The position numbers and the translations under genes were made by a program. The notes under the pieces were generated by a model. The model did no database searches and had not been told where the DNA came from. It was given only the letters and a program-made list of their open reading frames with translations. A stretch of DNA of 64,000 bases. Origin: Candidatus Latescibacterota bacterium. Lineage in GTDB: Bacteria; Latescibacterota; CBDEFO01. How positions within the stretch are numbered: the stretch's first letter is position 1; every line of letters begins with the position of its first letter. This document shows, piece by piece, positions 58,963 through 64,000 of this stretch. Location: the NCBI GenBank assembly GCA_965248755.1, contig OZ252149.1, forward strand, positions 1,184,001-1,248,000, written 5' to 3'.

Positions 58963-59654
58963 TCTTCAACTCTCTTCCAAGGTCTATCCCAACCGGTTAA
59001 CTCCATTAATTCTTGTAGAACTATCACCTGCTCATCTTCATTATCCAACCTCATAGACTCAATGCCATAGAACTCTATCCGAGCGCTTTGAAGCTGGTCT
59101 AGTGTTGCCTCTTGAGTTTTGTATCTATTGTCATAGAACTCCATTAACTCCCTTAATACCCCGGCCTTCTGATTGTAGAGCGTAGCTTTTCGTTTTAGTC
59201 CCTTCCAAAGCAGATATGTTTTGGTAATGTCTCGGATAAGAGATATGTGAGTATTCTTCAGTTCTCTACGGGCTGTCTCCAACTTCAACTTTGCTTCTCT
59301 GTGATCGTATCTTCCTGTGTTAAAAAGTCTGTCCAGATCCCAACTCAGACGGACGAAAGTTGTCTGCTCTTCAATCAAACGACTACCTTGCATAGCTTCG
59401 AGATTAGAGCCCCAGCTCAAAGACATTGATGGGATAAGTCGGGATGCTATGTTTGTTCTAAGAACATCCAGCTCTGCCAGCTGTACTTTACCCTCTGCTT
59501 CCTGCAGAAAAGGAGAGTGGATTCTTGCATATTCAATCATCTGTTCCAGCGACAACTCTTCAAAAGAATCTGGATACTCATCTGCAGGAGTTGGCTGTTC
59601 GAGAAAGAGGACGATAAGAAATCCCAGAATCAATTTAGAACTCAGATGTCTCAT
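58959..59654 (-). CDS. TolC-like outer-membrane efflux protein, single-repeat (half-length)
   Basis: Signal peptide; LSLEQ.IE.A...SP.L, P.MSLS, L.W...LF, DITKTY, RY....AT..L..A. Confidence 0.65.
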   Translation of the reverse strand: MRHLSSKLILGFLIVLFLEQPTPADEYPDSFEELSLEQMIEYARIHSPFLQEAEGKVQLAELDVLRTNIASRLIPSMSLSWGSNLEAMQGSRLIEEQTTFVRLSWDLDRLFNTGRYDHREAKLKLETARRELKNTHISLIRDITKTYLLWKGLKRKATLYNQKAGVLRELMEFYDNRYKTQEATLDQLQSARIEFYGIESMRLDNEDEQVIVLQELMELTGWDRPWKRVEE

Positions 59655-59818
59655 TAAAGGAGTCCTTACGTTAGATACCAGAAACTATTATGTTCACTTC
59701 TTCTCTATGTGAGAATCTGTCCAAGTGATTTGAAACATAAAGGATATGATGTTACAAAATTCTTTGTAATCTACAGGAATTCAGCCATATAGGATATAGA
59801 CGCACGCACCATCTGAAT

Positions 59819-60388
59819 TTAGTAGAGTCTTTCCTTCAAGACCAATTTGAACTTCGAATTGTACTTTCCGCCACCACATCTCCTACAACTTCCAGTAATC
59901 CATTTTCTCCGCCTAAACTCACGCCCACATTCCGGACAAATAAAGACATATTTAATAGGCCTTTTCGGCATGGGTTTGGCGCATTGGGGATCGCATCCTA
60001 TTCGCTTGCAGATTTCCTTGAACTCATCGGTATGTCCTGAGGGTCTGCCATTCTGTTTGAGGAATAAATGTACCATCTCATGTTTAACAGTGTCCTCCAA
60101 TTCTTCCTGCCAATTATACGTGTCATGATATTTTGCAGAAATTACCATTTCCCAGGGGGAATAAGTCACCTTTCCTGCGGCGCGGGTCATCCTCTTACTG
60201 ATCCTGATAGACGGCGGACGAATAAGCCCGTCAAAGTATTTGAAGTTGAATTGGTCAAAGAGGGCTCTGATCTTTTCGACGTTGAGCGTGGTCGGATTAT
60301 CATTCTGTGAACCTGGACTCACAGCTACACCTTTCTTTTTTGTGCTAAACTTAAAGACCTTGAGTATAAAATCTGAAATTTGAAACAA
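59819..60388 (-). CDS. SprT-like zinc metalloprotease with zinc ribbon
   Basis: FN..YF, S.RMTR.AG, KHEMVH, GH..EF, CPECG...CRRC. Confidence 0.9.
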   Translation of the reverse strand: MFQISDFILKVFKFSTKKKGVAVSPGSQNDNPTTLNVEKIRALFDQFNFKYFDGLIRPPSIRISKRMTRAAGKVTYSPWEMVISAKYHDTYNWQEELEDTVKHEMVHLFLKQNGRPSGHTDEFKEICKRIGCDPQCAKPMPKRPIKYVFICPECGREFRRRKWITGSCRRCGGGKYNSKFKLVLKERLY

Positions 60389-60542
60389 AGGTTATTAAGG
60401 AGCTAGGATTTTCCCTAACGTTCAGGGCTATCAGTATTGACAAAGCCCAAAAGAACGGCCATATTTTAAATAGAAGGAGATTCCTGCCTTCTCCAAAAGC
60501 ATCGAAAAACTTAAAAAGAGGCGGACGTGAAGACCATAAAGA

Positions 60543-60866
60543 ATGACCGATGCAGACTATAAGCCCGGGGCACGATGTAGATTCTATCCTCAATGTGCTA
60601 TCTACAACTTGGGGTTGCTTAGAGAAGAAGCTGAACTTACGCTTTGTGGTAACGGACAGACTATACAAAAGGATTATATTCCAAGAATTCAAGATGTTCA
60701 TACTCCTCCTTCAAGGGAAGCTGGGTCTCCTGGCGAGATGGCAGTTTGTCCTGCTTTTGTAGGCATGATAGAATCCCTTCTAACAGGAACAATTCGGGCC
60801 TATATTGAGCAAATTGATCAGTTCTGGCAAAGAAGAAGAGACCTGGACGATATATTTGATGAATAA
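60543..60866 (+). CDS. Small Cys-containing hypothetical protein
   Basis: 107 aa with C-x5-C...C...CP; no family recognised. Confidence 0.5.
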   Translation: MTDADYKPGARCRFYPQCAIYNLGLLREEAELTLCGNGQTIQKDYIPRIQDVHTPPSREAGSPGEMAVCPAFVGMIESLLTGTIRAYIEQIDQFWQRRRDLDDIFDE

Positions 60867-60926
60867 TTGAGCTCCACCTATCCACTTTAATATAAGTCTA
60901 CTCTATTATTCGTTTTTCGTCTATAG

Positions 60927-60954
60927 ACTCTGCATAATATATTTTTTGTTAGAT
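60927..60954. other. dif-like (XerC/XerD) site
   Basis: ACTCTGCATAA-TATATT-TTTTGTTAGAT versus E. coli dif GGTGCGCATAA-TGTATA-TTATGTTAAAT. Confidence 0.5.
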
Positions 60955-60987
60955 TCTGGAAGATCTGAATAGTCTGAGGATAAGCAG

Positions 60988-63231
60988 ATGACATCAAATT
61001 ATGTTTTCTTCTATGGGGATAGACTTCGTGAGGCAAGGTGTAAGAAAGGACTTACACAACAGGAAGTGGCGGATAAAGTGGGGGCATCACAGCCGGAAAT
61101 TTCAGACTATGAACGAGAGATAAAAGGATGTTTTATGGGTAGAGCTAGAAAGATAGTAGATTTTTTTAAGGTACCTTACGAAGAGCTAGTTCAGAGAGCA
61201 GAAACTATAAAAGGTGAGGTTCAAATTCCGTCCTCTCCTCCTCCTCGTGATATCGCTCATTTTAAGGGTCGAACCGATGAAATCAACAGGATCAAGAAAA
61301 TCCTAAGAGGTGAAGGTAAAGTAGGCATCTTGGGAATGGCAGGCATTTTTGGTATGGGTGGGATTGGAAAGACAGCGCTAGCTACGCATGTGGTGGCGGA
61401 TCCAGAAATACGAAAACAATTTCGTGACGGCGTAATATGGTTCGAAGTAGGGGAAGAACAGGACGTAATGATCGTTTTAGATCGACTCGGAGGACACTTG
61501 AAGTCTCCCAGTATCGGGAGAAAAGAGACAGAAGGAGACAAGCTCTCTTCCTTACTTGAGATTCTGTCTGAACTCCACGCGCTGATCGTATATGATAACG
61601 TATGGAGCGACCAAATAGCCCAAACTTTGGTGCGTCATTACGGAACATGTTCAGTGATTCTTACCGGCCGTAAGACGTTGGCTTTAGGATTAGTTGAGCC
61701 AGTTCCTCTTAAAGGTCTGGAACGAGATAAAGCCAGAGAGCTTTTCTGTTTGCTATCGGAATTAAATGAGGCACAACATGGAGAGATAGTAGATGAAATC
61801 TGTCGTCTCGTATCCTATCATCCACTCGCCATTAAGATATTGGCCACGAATCCGATCCGGAAGATGGCCCCCGAACATCTTCTCAAACGATTAAGTACTC
61901 CTGAGCGGCTCAAGCTCCTTCAAGATACATCAGAGGACAAGGACAACAGTGTGCGGGTGTCCTTTGATATCTCCTTTGAGGATTTAGAGAAAAAAGACCA
62001 ACGACTCTTTGCAGCACTAGGTACTTTTGGAAGGCCAAGTTTTACACTAGAGGCAGTGGAAGCTGTAATGAATAAAACTGGTTTGGAGGACGATCTTGGA
62101 ATTCTGATTAACTGTTCAATTATAGAAAGAGAAGGAGAACGTTATCGACTTCACGACCTAATGTGGGACTACGCAAAGGAAAAGCTGTTAGAACTGGAAG
62201 ACAATGAAGAACTTTCTGAGCGTATGGCGACCTACTTTTTGAATGTGGCAGAAGAAGATGCCAGTATACTGGAAACAGATAAAGAGAACGTCTTCTTCGC
62301 TATGGACTGGTACTACGAACGCAAAAGATGGGAGAGTGTATATCGGTTCATATATGAAAGAAATAACAAAGGCACATTTGACTTTCTCAATTTTCACGGC
62401 TACTGGAGCGAGGGAATTAAGCAATGTGAGAAAGCAATAGAGGCTGCAAACCGAGCAGGAAATCATATGCGTGAAGGGGCAATACTTAGTTATCTGGGAA
62501 TCTTTTATCAACATCGTGGCAAATTCAATCAGGCGGAAAAGATCTATACGCAGTCTTATGAAATCTTCAGGGAACAGAAAGCCAAGGAACAGATTGGATC
62601 ACTACTTCATCAACTTGGTAGAGTTGCTCAGGAACGTAAGGACTTGGACAAAGCCGAAGAATCTTATTTGAAAGCTTTAGATTCTTTTGAAGCTCTTGAG
62701 GAGACACTGGATAAGAAAAGGACAATTCAATTGCGCAGGGCAAGAACAATTCAGCAATTGGGAAGAATACATGAGTTGCGCTGTAATTGGGACAAGGCCG
62801 AGGAACGACATTGTGAAAGTTTGGAGATCAGAGAAAGCATTGACGATCCACATGGGAAGGCACAATGCCTTCAGCAACTTGGGAAGATTGCAAAAATCAA
62901 AGGAGACTTAGAAAAAGCTAAGAGTCTGATGAGAGAAAGCCTCCAAATAAAGAGAAAAATCGGAGATATCCAAAATGCAGGTAATAGCTTAGCAAGCCTT
63001 GGTCTGATCGCTAAAGATGAAGAGCATTTTGAGGATGCTTTCAGCATGCTTTACGAAGCGAAGTCTATATTCCTCTATCTTGAATCACCTAAGCTGAAGA
63101 ATTTGGAGGAAGAATTATCCGATGTCCGTTCAAAGCTCTCGCCGTCGGTGGTCCACAAACTTGAGCAAGAGACAGAAGCGAAGCTGAAAGACTGGCCTGC
63201 ATTATCTACGCTGTACGATCATCAGAAGTAA
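60988..63231 (+). CDS. STAND NTPase: XRE-HTH + NB-ARC + TPR (NLR-like)
   Basis: LREAR..KGLTQ.EVA..VG.SQ..IS.YE; F.GR; GMGGIGKT; LIVYDNVW; ILTGR; YHPLAI; RLHDL; TPR array. Confidence 0.92.
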   Translation: MTSNYVFFYGDRLREARCKKGLTQQEVADKVGASQPEISDYEREIKGCFMGRARKIVDFFKVPYEELVQRAETIKGEVQIPSSPPPRDIAHFKGRTDEINRIKKILRGEGKVGILGMAGIFGMGGIGKTALATHVVADPEIRKQFRDGVIWFEVGEEQDVMIVLDRLGGHLKSPSIGRKETEGDKLSSLLEILSELHALIVYDNVWSDQIAQTLVRHYGTCSVILTGRKTLALGLVEPVPLKGLERDKARELFCLLSELNEAQHGEIVDEICRLVSYHPLAIKILATNPIRKMAPEHLLKRLSTPERLKLLQDTSEDKDNSVRVSFDISFEDLEKKDQRLFAALGTFGRPSFTLEAVEAVMNKTGLEDDLGILINCSIIEREGERYRLHDLMWDYAKEKLLELEDNEELSERMATYFLNVAEEDASILETDKENVFFAMDWYYERKRWESVYRFIYERNNKGTFDFLNFHGYWSEGIKQCEKAIEAANRAGNHMREGAILSYLGIFYQHRGKFNQAEKIYTQSYEIFREQKAKEQIGSLLHQLGRVAQERKDLDKAEESYLKALDSFEALEETLDKKRTIQLRRARTIQQLGRIHELRCNWDKAEERHCESLEIRESIDDPHGKAQCLQQLGKIAKIKGDLEKAKSLMRESLQIKRKIGDIQNAGNSLASLGLIAKDEEHFEDAFSMLYEAKSIFLYLESPKLKNLEEELSDVRSKLSPSVVHKLEQETEAKLKDWPALSTLYDHQK

Positions 63232-63502
63232 CAGAAGCTGGTGCCTATAGAAACTGAAATACAGAAGTACCCGATCAACAACATAATGATATGACGTTTC
63301 ACCTTTTCAGACACAGCTTTGCTAACACCGAAAGAGACTAAAGAACCATGAAAGGCCGACGCCAAAATCCTTGTTCATACCGCAATCAACACTAATCTGG
63401 ATGAATACGGCACCTAGGATTTGGAAGAGGTGCAAGGAAATTACGAGAAGCTAACAACAGTGATAAGCAGAACAAATGATCTCATTATAAAAGGAAATAG
63501 CA

Positions 63503-64000
63503 ATGTCAGATAATCTGATCTTTGTAAGCTGTGGACAACAAACGCCCGAAGAGAAAGACTTAGGCACTGCTGTAAAGAACTTAATCGATTCAACACCAGG
63601 TTTCAAAGCCTACTTTGCAGAACACGAACAAAGTCTCGATTCTGATGTACTAAATATTTTCAAAAATCTTTGGGAATGTTCTGGATTTATAGCATTGCTC
63701 CATAAGAGGAATAGGATGGCTGAAACAGAAGAATGCTACCCCTCTGTCTGGGTAAACCAGGAGATAGCGATAATTGCTTATCGACAGCATTTTGAAGCAA
63801 GAGAAATCCCTATTCTTGTATATAAGGATGATGAAGTTCGGGTAGAAGGCTCGATGGCTTCGCTTATCGTAAATCCGCTCACTTTGAAATCGAAACCAGA
63901 TGTTCTGGAACGAACAGGGAAATGGTTATCAGATCCTGGCTCACCTTGGGCTACATCAGGTAACTACGCTATCTTCTTATCAAAATGGATAAAACTTCCC
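63503..64000 (+). CDS. TIR-like / nucleoside-deoxyribosyltransferase-like domain protein (partial, runs off window)
   Basis: Open frame absent from the ORF track: MSDNLIFVSCGQ...GFKAYFA...CSGFIALLH...SVWVNQEIA..AY...IPILVY; AAGGA RBS. Confidence 0.7.
   Translation, partial: MSDNLIFVSCGQQTPEEKDLGTAVKNLIDSTPGFKAYFAEHEQSLDSDVLNIFKNLWECSGFIALLHKRNRMAETEECYPSVWVNQEIAIIAYRQHFEAREIPILVYKDDEVRVEGSMASLIVNPLTLKSKPDVLERTGKWLSDPGSPWATSGNYAIFLSKWIKLP

Larger units (their letters stand above)
51780..64000. mobile_element. Integrative element (genomic island) at tRNA-Arg(CCG), extending beyond the window
   Basis: Integrase and excisionase next to the tRNA 3' end, AT-richer sequence, accessory genes; distal att not in window. 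Confidence 0.85.

Noticed and set aside
59671..59698. TTATGTTCACT resembling a XerD arm
   Set aside because: No acceptable XerC arm at 6-bp spacing.
63232..63502. Possible gene remnant between the NLR-like and TIR-like genes
   Set aside because: Frames are interrupted by stops and no family is recognisable.
51780..64000. Prophage or classical conjugative ICE interpretation of the island
   Set aside because: No capsid, terminase, tail, relaxase or VirB4/VirD4 genes in the visible part; they could still lie beyond the window.

Overview
Bacterial chromosomal window; the lineage cannot be assigned from the sequence, but LolA/LolB-like and TolC-like genes suggest a diderm. Bases 1-51.7 kb are mostly housekeeping and catabolic genes (pgk, gdhA, malic enzyme, dppABC, pdxST, larC, ltaE, cysK, apgM, sugar-acid enzymes). 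This part also holds a dispersed PspA/DUF350/DUF4178/K+-channel module, two pseudogenes, several families of short palindromic or MITE-like repeats (some inside ORFs), and a HEPN-MNT pair whose HEPN gene is cleanly split by a 1096-bp transposase-less cassette with inverted ends. From tRNA-Arg(CCG) at 51704 to the window end lies a more AT-rich integrative element. It carries an integrase, an excisionase, an IS3-family element and an HTH-receiver gene. It also carries a translationally coupled operon (half-length TolC, degenerate membrane-anchored ATPase, YdjM-hydrolase/membrane-fusion-protein fusion, second tyrosine recombinase) followed by a loxP/dif-like site. Then come SprT, further dif-like sites, an XRE-NB-ARC-TPR (NLR-like) protein and a truncated TIR-like ORF. 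This island operon with its lox-like site is the best candidate for an undescribed system. All calls come from motif recognition by eye; no database search was run.
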